DNA of 46,147 bases from a virus (taxonomy: Duplodnaviria > Caudoviricetes), in the IMG/VR virus record IMGVR_UViG_3300049782_000007, positions 1 to 46,147 of that record; one strand, given 5' to 3'. Positions 18,718 through 25,716 of this stretch are shown in pieces. The notes beneath the pieces are model-generated. The model did not search any database. It saw only the letters and a list, made by a program, of their open reading frames with translations, and was not told the origin of the DNA. The stretch's first letter is position 1; every line of letters starts with the position of its first letter. Position numbers and translations under genes: made by a program.

Positions 18718-19317
18718 ATGGAGGCAAAGCAATGCAAAAGATGTGGGGAGACTAAAACCCTATCCGATTTCTACCCCCAGAAAAGCACAAATAACGGCAA
18801 GGTCTACTACTCACCCTACTGCAAAGGATGCCACAACAAATGGCGCAATGAAAAGAAGGCCGCAAGCAAAACGGCCACCCCCAAGCCCGAGACCAAGACA
18901 AAGGCTGAAAAGCAGCAGGTATGCGTTGAGTGCGGGAAGCCCGGATTGCTGCGCACGCACCCCGAGTGCAGAGAGACCCGACGCGCCCGTCAGGCACGAG
19001 ATCGTCTAAAGCGGCTCAAGCAAGAGGCCGGAATCACTGCTGCCGACTTGAACCGCAAGTATTGGGCGGGCAAGTTTGGTCTCACTGTCGAGACCTACGT
19101 TCAACTAATGAAGGCCCCGTGCGATGTGTGCCAAGAAGAAGCGCCCGAACACCGGAAGCACAATAGCCCATACGCCCGCAAGGACACCGGCGCTGTCACG
19201 GGGACAGTCTGCCAGAAGTGCGCTACCGCCCTCGGGTTCTTCAAGCATAACCCCGAGCGGCTACGTGCGGCGCTGGACCTACTGACATCGGACACGGACC
19301 AAAGGGAAACGACATAG
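18718..19317 (+). CDS. Zn-ribbon / endonuclease VII-like protein with degenerate active site, leaderless
   Basis: CKRC..CKGC..CVEC..CDVC..CQKC; TG-C-TATACT 7 nt before ATG 18718. Confidence 0.7.
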   Translation: MEAKQCKRCGETKTLSDFYPQKSTNNGKVYYSPYCKGCHNKWRNEKKAASKTATPKPETKTKAEKQQVCVECGKPGLLRTHPECRETRRARQARDRLKRLKQEAGITAADLNRKYWAGKFGLTVETYVQLMKAPCDVCQEEAPEHRKHNSPYARKDTGAVTGTVCQKCATALGFFKHNPERLRAALDLLTSDTDQRETT

Positions 19318-19328
19318 GAACGTTCCTA
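19315..19328. repeat. Palindrome copy 9
   Basis: Exact; supplies a TAG stop; lies just upstream of the repressor promoter. Confidence 0.95.
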
Positions 19329-19337
19329 TGTTCGGGG

Positions 19338-19368
19338 TTGACACCGCCCCGTGAGTCTGTGCTACTGT
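19338..19368 (+). promoter_or_regulatory. Host-sigma-type promoter of the repressor gene
   Basis: TTGACA-N19-TACTGT with TG extension. Confidence 0.65.
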
Positions 19369-19423
19369 CTTCCACGTGAGGCCGACAGGGGGTCGGCCCA
19401 GCAAACCGAGAGGTATCGGGAAA

Positions 19424-20734
19424 ATGACCACTTCCACCGAGATCAAGTTCTACACTGTCGGCAAAGGCGGCACGGTTCACGGTTCCACTGATGGTGAGAC
19501 AACCCTCTGCGGTAAGACCGTGGCTCGGTTGGTCAATGTTCCCGGTGCCACCCTCGGTTGCAAGGCTTGCACTAAGGCCGCTGAGAGCCTGAACACCACC
19601 AACGAGGAGAACGAGAACGTGACTGAGACCGCCAAGCCCACTGAGGACGAAATCGACGCACAGGTCAAGGCTGATGTAGAAAACATCATCGCCACGCTGG
19701 CCACCCTGACCAAGGACGACGGGGACAAGATCAAGTCTCTCGAAGGGCAGGCGGAAACCGAACTGCTCAAGATCACGGCCAACAAGAGGGCCGGTCTGCG
19801 GATGCAGCTCAAGCACGCGATGGTTGAGGCTCGGAATCGCAAGGCCGGTGCACAAATCGTCCTCAAGCCTGAGACCAAGGACGTTACGCAGATCCGGGAC
19901 TACCAAAAGATCGTTGACAACGCCGCGTCTCTCGTAGCTGAGGGCATCAAGTCCAACGTCAACGCTCACGAGAACGCGCGCAAGGTGGCAGAGGCCATTC
20001 TTGACGGCCGCCTGCGGGTGATCAACAAGCAGGGCAAGCCTGACTTGAAGGGCGACCGCAAGCAGTCCAAGGACCTTGCCAAGGCGATTTACGAAGCAGC
20101 GGCGAAGAAGCTGCATGCCGAGCAGTGGGGCGCCGACGCTTCGGTAGACTACGAGACCCTGGAAAAGCAGCTTAGGGACAAGGTGCAATACCAGATGACC
20201 GCCGTTCTCCCGGCGTTCATCTACTCGCTGGACAATTCCCCCGAGCAGTTCTCGGAGCTGTTCCCGGCCGAGGCCGCTGCACTGGCTGAGGTCAAGGCCG
20301 AAAACCCGGATGCCGCAACCAAGCCCTCTGACCTCGTGTTCGCGCTGTACGGGGTGAACCGCAAGTCCAAGGCCGAACTTGCGGCCGAGCGTCGGGCGAA
20401 CAAGGCCCTCACTTCGGGCAAGAAGGAGGGTGAGGATTCCGACGAGAACGGCGAAGAAGGCGAGAACGAGGGCGAGAACGAGTCCGCCAAGACCAAGAGC
20501 ACGGTAGAAAAGCTCGCTGAGGCTCTGGACAAGGACGCTAAGGCCCTCGCCAAGGTCAAGGTGGATGAGCTGACGGACACCGAGGCTGAGGCCCTGCGTG
20601 AAAAGCTCATGGCATTCACGACCACACTCCAGAACGTAGGGTTGGCGCTGATGGGGCGTAAGCCGGTCAACCCGGCCCCGGCTCCGACCGAGGACAGCGA
20701 AAGCGACAGCGACAACGACGGCGACAGCGAGTAG
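19424..20734 (+). CDS. Probable immunity repressor (positional analogue of phiC31 c)
   Basis: Own promoter and terminator, flanked by palindromes, between lysis and early genes; host-like codon usage; function inferred from position. Confidence 0.6.
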   Translation: MTTSTEIKFYTVGKGGTVHGSTDGETTLCGKTVARLVNVPGATLGCKACTKAAESLNTTNEENENVTETAKPTEDEIDAQVKADVENIIATLATLTKDDGDKIKSLEGQAETELLKITANKRAGLRMQLKHAMVEARNRKAGAQIVLKPETKDVTQIRDYQKIVDNAASLVAEGIKSNVNAHENARKVAEAILDGRLRVINKQGKPDLKGDRKQSKDLAKAIYEAAAKKLHAEQWGADASVDYETLEKQLRDKVQYQMTAVLPAFIYSLDNSPEQFSELFPAEAAALAEVKAENPDAATKPSDLVFALYGVNRKSKAELAAERRANKALTSGKKEGEDSDENGEEGENEGENESAKTKSTVEKLAEALDKDAKALAKVKVDELTDTEAEALREKLMAFTTTLQNVGLALMGRKPVNPAPAPTEDSESDSDNDGDSE

Positions 20735-20747
20735 TACCGGAAACCGT

Positions 20748-20785
20748 TAAAGGGCCCTGTTCGGAACCACCGGGTGGGGCCCTTT
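20748..20785. terminator. Terminator after the repressor gene
   Basis: AAAGGGCCC...GGGCCCTTT. Confidence 0.7.
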
Positions 20786-20796
20786 GGCCTAGCACC

Positions 20797-20810
20797 TAGG
20801 AACGTTCCTA
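20797..20810. repeat. Palindrome copy 10
   Basis: Exact match. Confidence 0.95.
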
Positions 20811-20851
20811 GGACACAGAACGTGACGAGACAATCGCGGAGAGTAGAGGCC

Positions 20852-21310
20852 ATGTCGAATAGCTGGAACAGCGTCTTCAGCCCCGAGGATCTGCGCCGAG
20901 TGTGGGAGAGCGAGAAGCACCCCACCATCGCAAACATGATCCTCAACACCGACACAGACGGCACACCGAACCACAACGTGACCCCCGAGGGGTACCAGCG
21001 AATCAGCGACCAACTGAACGATCTTGCGAACCTCATGGGTGCGCGCGACAACGAAATGACGAAGGGACTCGCCTACGCGGCATGGTTCATGCTTGCCACG
21101 CTCGTGCAACAGATCACCGAATCTCGCGAAATGCTCGCGAGCGAGGAAGGCAAGAACGCGCCCGGCGTCATCCGGCGGAGTCTCATCAACGCGACGGCCG
21201 ACCAAGAACGGCAGTACGCGCGGTACGTCCGTCTGTTTGCCCAACTGCCCGAGGGTATGCGCCCGGACATGCGGGACCGCCGTGTAATCCTGCCCGAGGC
21301 AAACCAGTGA
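20852..21310 (+). CDS. Hypothetical protein (152 aa)
   Basis: ATG 20852; first of five overlapping ORFs. Confidence 0.7.
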   Translation: MSNSWNSVFSPEDLRRVWESEKHPTIANMILNTDTDGTPNHNVTPEGYQRISDQLNDLANLMGARDNEMTKGLAYAAWFMLATLVQQITESREMLASEEGKNAPGVIRRSLINATADQERQYARYVRLFAQLPEGMRPDMRDRRVILPEANQ

Positions 21311-21552
21311 CAGACAAGGGACCCGAGATCATTGGGGCCGAAGTCATCCGGCTTGATGCTGAGATCGCCAAGGCCGATCATCCACATGGGACACCCATCG
21401 GCAGGACGCGACGCAAGGAGATCAACGACCGCCGCAGAGCCCTTGTGTGGGCCCTACACGTCCTGCTAACGGGCGACCGGACCAACCCACCGGGGGCGGA
21501 GGTTGAGGCGTTCCTAGGGGCCCTCAAGGCCCGTGAAGGGGGTACGCAGTGA
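21307..21552 (+). CDS. Hypothetical protein (81 aa)
   Basis: GTGA overlap with the upstream stop. Confidence 0.65.
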   Translation: MTDKGPEIIGAEVIRLDAEIAKADHPHGTPIGRTRRKEINDRRRALVWALHVLLTGDRTNPPGAEVEAFLGALKAREGGTQ

Positions 21553-21917
21553 CGACGTTCCGGGACCCGGAGCAAGAGCGCCGGATGACCGGCCCTTGGT
21601 ACGAGAACTTGGAACCGAGGGCACGATTGGTGGCGCAGGTCTATGACCACGCGGACGGATCATGCACCATCCAAATCAAGGATGGCCGATGGCTCACAGC
21701 GGACGGGTTCCCCAAGATCCTTGCGGCACGACAGTACCCGAACCGCGAGATAATCGACCTGGATGACGAAGTACGGGCCCTTGGCTACGAACCGGACTCC
21801 GACGCAAAAGAGTGGGGTTTCACCGGGCATGCGTGCTGGTTCGACCCCGAGGGGTGGGACGGCGAACCCACCGAGTCGTACGGCATCACTGTTCACGAGA
21901 GGGAGGGCGCATCATGA
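21549..21917 (+). CDS. Hypothetical protein (122 aa)
   Basis: GTGA coupling; GAAGGGGG RBS. Confidence 0.7.
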   Translation: MTTFRDPEQERRMTGPWYENLEPRARLVAQVYDHADGSCTIQIKDGRWLTADGFPKILAARQYPNREIIDLDDEVRALGYEPDSDAKEWGFTGHACWFDPEGWDGEPTESYGITVHEREGAS

Positions 21918-22174
21918 CGAACGAACCCGAGGGCATCGGCCATGACCATTTGGAAAAGATGCGGCGAGCCGGTGCTTTCAACACCCCGTGCGGGCAGTGC
22001 GGGTCATCGGAACACTGCAAGGCCGATTGCCCGGAGCTTGCCGGTTGCTCGTGGTTTACGGGCGGATTCGGCGAGAACCCCCCGGAATACTGCGACGAGA
22101 GCGCCGTACCGGGCGGGGAATACTGTGCGATCCACCAAGCTAAGGTAGACGCTATGGAGGAACACACGCCGTGA
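21914..22174 (+). CDS. Cys-rich hypothetical protein (86 aa)
   Basis: ATGA coupling; CGQCGSSEHCKADC zinc-knuckle-like motif. Confidence 0.7.
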   Translation: MTNEPEGIGHDHLEKMRRAGAFNTPCGQCGSSEHCKADCPELAGCSWFTGGFGENPPEYCDESAVPGGEYCAIHQAKVDAMEEHTP

Positions 22175-22383
22175 TCTACTGCCCGAACTGTAGGAAGGAC
22201 TACCCACCCGGCATGGAAGAACGGCACAACGCCCCATGCAGGAAGTGTGGAAGTCGGGAACACAGCCGATGCCAGCACTGGCCGTACCTCGCTGACGGAG
22301 GACCCAAGCAAGCCACTGACCCGCGCAAGCGGGAAGCCATGGAAGCAACCGGCCGAGCCCTCGGGGAACGGCAGGACGTGTGA
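22171..22383 (+). CDS. Cys-rich hypothetical protein (70 aa)
   Basis: GGAGG RBS; CPNC and CRKCGSREHSRC motifs. Confidence 0.65.
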   Translation: MIYCPNCRKDYPPGMEERHNAPCRKCGSREHSRCQHWPYLADGGPKQATDPRKREAMEATGRALGERQDV

Positions 22384-22402
22384 CCCACAACTGAACAGCG
22401 CA

Positions 22403-22451
22403 GGACCCCGGCCCCGGCCCTCCCTACAACGGGAAGGTTCGGGGCCTTTTT
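22403..22451 (+). terminator. Intrinsic terminator
   Basis: GGCCCCGG...CGGGGCC followed by TTTTT. Confidence 0.65.
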
Positions 22452-22460
22452 CATGCCCTA

Positions 22461-22552
22461 GTGTCGAGTGTCGATTTTGAGAGCCACATGGGGTCCCTCT
22501 ATGGAGCTCTATAGACCAACCCAAACCGGGGTCTGAAACCAGCACTCGACAT
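22461..22552. repeat. 92-bp dyad element, copy 1
   Basis: Symmetric about GAG|CTC; 67/92 ungapped identity to 42416-42507. Confidence 0.85.
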
Positions 22553-22555
22553 CCC

Positions 22556-22571
22556 CTTAACCGGCTCACTC
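22556..22571 (+). promoter_or_regulatory. CTTAAC box b (CTTAACCGGCTCACTC)
   Basis: Motif copy upstream of the exonuclease. Confidence 0.7.
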
Positions 22572-22609
22572 TCTGGATTTCACAGAAAGCAAACCAGAGA
22601 GGGGCCCGA

Positions 22610-23428
22610 GTGCCAGCAAAGGTAAGCACAATCCAGCGGGGTGGTTCCCGCTTCTACGTGAACCAGGAAACCAAGGAATCCGTCCCCGGCGTGACCTCGG
22701 TTCTCGGAATGCTCCCTAAGCCGTTCCTTGTTCCGTGGGCCGCCAAGACTGCGGCAGAGGCAGCGGTTGACAACCTCTCCGCTGTCAACACAATCGCACA
22801 GGTCGACCGACAAGGGGCCATTGACTTTATCAAGGGTGCCCATTCTCGGTATACCAAGACGCGCGCTGGAATCGGTAGCGAAGCGCACGACATGTTTGAG
22901 CGCATGATCCGTGGCGAGCGAGTTGACCCCGACTTGCTTCCTGAGCGCATGCTCCCCTACTACGAGAACTTCCGGGAATTCCTGGAAACCGTAAAGCCGG
23001 AGCTCATTCGGGCTGAGGACGTGGCATGGTCAGATGAGCACAGGTACGCCGGATCGTTTGATGCTCTGCTCCGCATCAAGGATGACGACGGAACCCCGAC
23101 TACAGTAATTACTGACTGGAAGACCGGTAAGTCCACCTATCCGGAAGTCGCCTTGCAGATGGCCGCTTACGGCAATGCCGACTTCCTGATTGACCCCGAG
23201 GGCAACGTCGAACCTATGCCCCCGATTGATGCTGCGGCGGTTCTGCACATCACGGATACACAGTGGTCATTCAAGCCCGTCCGCTTTGACGCGGAAGTGT
23301 ATTCCTACTTCTTGCGTCTGCGGGAAATCTTTGATTGGGACCGCGAGGTTTCCAAGACTGTCATCGGTAAGCCGTTCGCCAAGGGCGGCGCAAAGCGTTT
23401 TATCACCGGCACTGAGCGGAGGGCTTAA
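22610..23428 (+). CDS. Cas4-like / PD-(D/E)XK exonuclease
   Basis: PGVTSVLG, G.EAH, YAGSFD, DWKTGK and LQMAAY motifs. Confidence 0.85.
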   Translation: MPAKVSTIQRGGSRFYVNQETKESVPGVTSVLGMLPKPFLVPWAAKTAAEAAVDNLSAVNTIAQVDRQGAIDFIKGAHSRYTKTRAGIGSEAHDMFERMIRGERVDPDLLPERMLPYYENFREFLETVKPELIRAEDVAWSDEHRYAGSFDALLRIKDDDGTPTTVITDWKTGKSTYPEVALQMAAYGNADFLIDPEGNVEPMPPIDAAAVLHITDTQWSFKPVRFDAEVYSYFLRLREIFDWDREVSKTVIGKPFAKGGAKRFITGTERRA

Positions 23429-23430
23429 CT

Positions 23431-23610
23431 ATGGCGCGTAAGAAGATCACGAATGACGGCGAGTACATGATGGCGGTCATCTCGCTTGCCCTGCTTTTGC
23501 AGGGTCACCCGAATGCGGCCAGTATCCGGGATCACATCCTGTCCATTACCGAGTACGTAGGTGACGTGGCCGAGATGGAGGGCAAGGCAAAGGCTCTTGG
23601 CGAACTGTAG
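23431..23610 (+). CDS. Hypothetical protein (59 aa, MARKKITNDG...), not in the ORF track
   Basis: GGAGGG RBS; ATG directly after the exonuclease stop. Confidence 0.65.
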   Translation: MARKKITNDGEYMMAVISLALLLQGHPNAASIRDHILSITEYVGDVAEMEGKAKALGEL

Positions 23611-23663
23611 GGAATGCGGCCGAAATGTCGGTCACAAACTTGACTGCGGCCAGCGAAAGCCCA

Positions 23664-23679
23664 CTTAACCGACTCAATC
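23664..23679 (+). promoter_or_regulatory. CTTAAC box c (CTTAACCGACTCAATC)
   Basis: Motif copy upstream of the RDF gene. Confidence 0.7.
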
Positions 23680-23726
23680 TCTGAAAGTCAGAGAGGAAGG
23701 GACGCCGGACCGGCTAGCAGAGGACA

Positions 23727-23740
23727 TAGGAACGTTCCTA
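23727..23740. repeat. Palindrome copy 11 (24-bp perfect, 23722-23745)
   Basis: Exact match. Confidence 0.95.
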
Positions 23741-23809
23741 TGTCCCGTGGACATAGCCGGGGCCCGTCCCTTCCTCTCGTCACAGACATACAGAGACGAG
23801 AGGTAGAAC

Positions 23810-24508
23810 GTGGCACTTCGCATCTTTGAGACTGATCCGAACGCCAAGCCCAAGGTTCGCGAGAACGACACCGTAGGTCGGTTCCGTACGGGCCGACTGG
23901 TGGGTAAGCAGCCTGAGACCCTGCCCACGTTCCGCATCACGACCGGTGACCCCGAGGTGGCCAAGGCTGTTGCGGAACTGTACGGCGGCACTCCGGAAGA
24001 GTGGGAGACCTCGGGCGAAGACTTCAACGAGGTCATTACCGAGACGGACAAGGTACTTGTCGTCATCGAGGGCCCATCCGCCCTCAAGGTCGATATGCGG
24101 CTGTATGGTCGAACCGGACTCATTCACCACTGTGACGGTGTCGAGTCCCTGCTTGATGAGGATAAGGGTAGGCCGTGCGGTTGTCCGGCCCTCATGGAGG
24201 ACCGTAAGGCTTTCGCCAAGTCCGGACGTGGTCCATCCCCGTACACGTTCCTGACTTTCCGTCTGGCCGATGATTACGAGCTTGGAAAGTTTCGTTTCCA
24301 GTCCACCTCTTGGAAGCTGGCAGAGGTGGTAGACCAGTACGAGGCTGCGCTTGCATCCGTCAAGGGTGAGGCTCTGGCGGAACTGTCGCTTGAGCTTGTG
24401 GAGTACACCACCAAGAGTGGCCGTGATGTGTCGTACCGCAAGCCTGTACTCAAGGTCATTAAGCCTTGGTCAGAGGCTGTGGCCGACTTCCCCGACACCG
24501 ATTACTAA
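23810..24508 (+). CDS. Recombination directionality factor, phiC31 gp3-like
   Basis: DTVGRF, GGTP, HHCDG, PCGCP, LADD.ELG.F.FQ and LELVEYT motifs recalled from phiC31 gp3. Confidence 0.85.
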   Translation: MALRIFETDPNAKPKVRENDTVGRFRTGRLVGKQPETLPTFRITTGDPEVAKAVAELYGGTPEEWETSGEDFNEVITETDKVLVVIEGPSALKVDMRLYGRTGLIHHCDGVESLLDEDKGRPCGCPALMEDRKAFAKSGRGPSPYTFLTFRLADDYELGKFRFQSTSWKLAEVVDQYEAALASVKGEALAELSLELVEYTTKSGRDVSYRKPVLKVIKPWSEAVADFPDTDY

Positions 24509-24525
24509 TCAGGAGAGATCAAGAT

Positions 24526-24819
24526 ATGGCGTTCTACCTTGTGACCGATGGCAAGCTCAACGCGTTCGGTGAGGCTGACGCGTTCGTAGTTCGTGCGGGC
24601 GGTCGCCGTCAGGCTGTCTCTCTGGCCCCGCTTGCTGACCCCAAGGGCGCTGATGTGGTCAAGCTGGAGGATGGCCGGAACGTCCCGAACGGCGTCATCC
24701 TTTCCTCTCTGGTGGGCGGTCCCGATGCGGCCCCTGAGCCGACGCAGGACTATGACTCGGAGCTTGTCGAGTCTGAGGATGCCGAGGGTTCCGACCCGTT
24801 TGCCGCTTACTCGTTCTGA
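24526..24819 (+). CDS. Hypothetical protein (97 aa)
   Basis: AGGAG RBS before ATG 24526. Confidence 0.75.
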   Translation: MAFYLVTDGKLNAFGEADAFVVRAGGRRQAVSLAPLADPKGADVVKLEDGRNVPNGVILSSLVGGPDAAPEPTQDYDSELVESEDAEGSDPFAAYSF

Positions 24820-24834
24820 CGGGTAACACCCCCT

Positions 24835-24884
24835 AGGGCCCCGTGCCATAACGGATATCCATCCGCTGTGGTGCGGGGCCCTTT
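24835..24884 (+). terminator. Intrinsic terminator
   Basis: AGGGCCCCG...CGGGGCCCTTT. Confidence 0.7.
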
Positions 24885-24897
24885 GTCATTTTCGACA

Positions 24898-24911
24898 TAG
24901 GAACGTTCCTA
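24898..24911. repeat. Palindrome copy 12 (overlaps AGGAGG RBS)
   Basis: ...TTCCTAGGAGG before ATG 24925. Confidence 0.95.
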
Positions 24912-24924
24912 GGAGGTCGTCTTG

Positions 24925-25095
24925 ATGCGACTTATTACTTACACGGGGTCACCCGCCCTTGGTGACATTCGAGCAATGGGGCGTGGTGACACGGTCTACC
25001 TAACTGAGGCAACCCCCGACCGGGAAGATTGGGGCCGCATTCTTGACGCACTGTCTGCGGCAATTTCCAGGGGCGCGTCTGTGAGGTGGCTCTGA
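24925..25095 (+). CDS. Hypothetical protein (56 aa), not in the ORF track
   Basis: AGGAGG RBS; MRLITYTGSPALG... Confidence 0.7.
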   Translation: MRLITYTGSPALGDIRAMGRGDTVYLTEATPDREDWGRILDALSAAISRGASVRWL

Positions 25096-25205
25096 TGCTC
25101 AACGCATTTCTTGGTGGCGTGATGATCGGGTTCATTGTCAGCTCAGTCGGCATTGCCATTGTTGCCATGCTTGGTATCTACGCGGACGAAAGGCGGAAGC
25201 TGTGA
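25095..25205 (+). CDS. Small membrane protein (36 aa), not in the ORF track
   Basis: TGATG coupling; single hydrophobic helix. Confidence 0.6.
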   Translation: MLNAFLGGVMIGFIVSSVGIAIVAMLGIYADERRKL

Positions 25206-25627
25206 AGGAGTGCCGACTATGTGGGCGGGTAAAGCCCGCTCCCGATTTCCTCGCTGGTAAGGCTAAGCGCCCATCTTCTGCCTGTTCGTCGTGCCGTAAG
25301 GCTCGGGCCGCACAGCATCGACGCAGGTACTACGCGAGCCTCGGAACCGACAAGCGACACACGCTCACGCAAAGGCGCCGCGCCGAGGAGTACGGCGTAG
25401 AGCACAAGCCGTATAGCCGACTGGAAATCCTGATTCGCTGGAAGAACCGTTGCGCCTACTGCGGTGCGCTGGCCGAGCATCTAGACCACGTGGTTCCGCT
25501 GTCCAAGGGTGGGACGGACACCGAAGACAACATAGTTCCGGCCTGCGCAGGATGCAACCTTTCCAAGGGCGCCAAGACCCTAGCCGAGTGGGCGGAAACC
25601 TTCGCTGTTGAACCACCCCCTTTCTGA
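25202..25627 (+). CDS. HNH endonuclease
   Basis: CAYCG..EHLDHVVPLSKGG...NIVPACAGCN.SKG. Confidence 0.92.
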   Translation: MKECRLCGRVKPAPDFLAGKAKRPSSACSSCRKARAAQHRRRYYASLGTDKRHTLTQRRRAEEYGVEHKPYSRLEILIRWKNRCAYCGALAEHLDHVVPLSKGGTDTEDNIVPACAGCNLSKGAKTLAEWAETFAVEPPPF

Positions 25628-25637
25628 CCTGCGGTTT

Positions 25638-25675
25638 GTCACGCTCCGTAAAGGCCGGCGTTTACGGAGCGTGAC
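25638..25675. repeat. Perfect 15-bp stem hairpin directly before CTTAAC box d
   Basis: GTCACGCTCCGTAAA / TTTACGGAGCGTGAC. Confidence 0.75.
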
Positions 25676-25677
25676 CA

Positions 25678-25693
25678 CTTAACCGACTCACTC
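25678..25693 (+). promoter_or_regulatory. CTTAAC box d (CTTAACCGACTCACTC)
   Basis: Motif copy upstream of the primase-helicase. Confidence 0.7.
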
Positions 25694-25716
25694 GGTGGTC
25701 AGTGAAGGGAGAAACA

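Noticed and set aside
19241-21051. Long antisense ORFs (315 aa and 276 aa) opposite the repressor
   Set aside because: Typical high-GC shadow frames with no RBS or recognisable motif
21505-21518. Partial palindrome GAGGCGTTCCTAGG
   Set aside because: Only one half-site, inside a CDS; not counted
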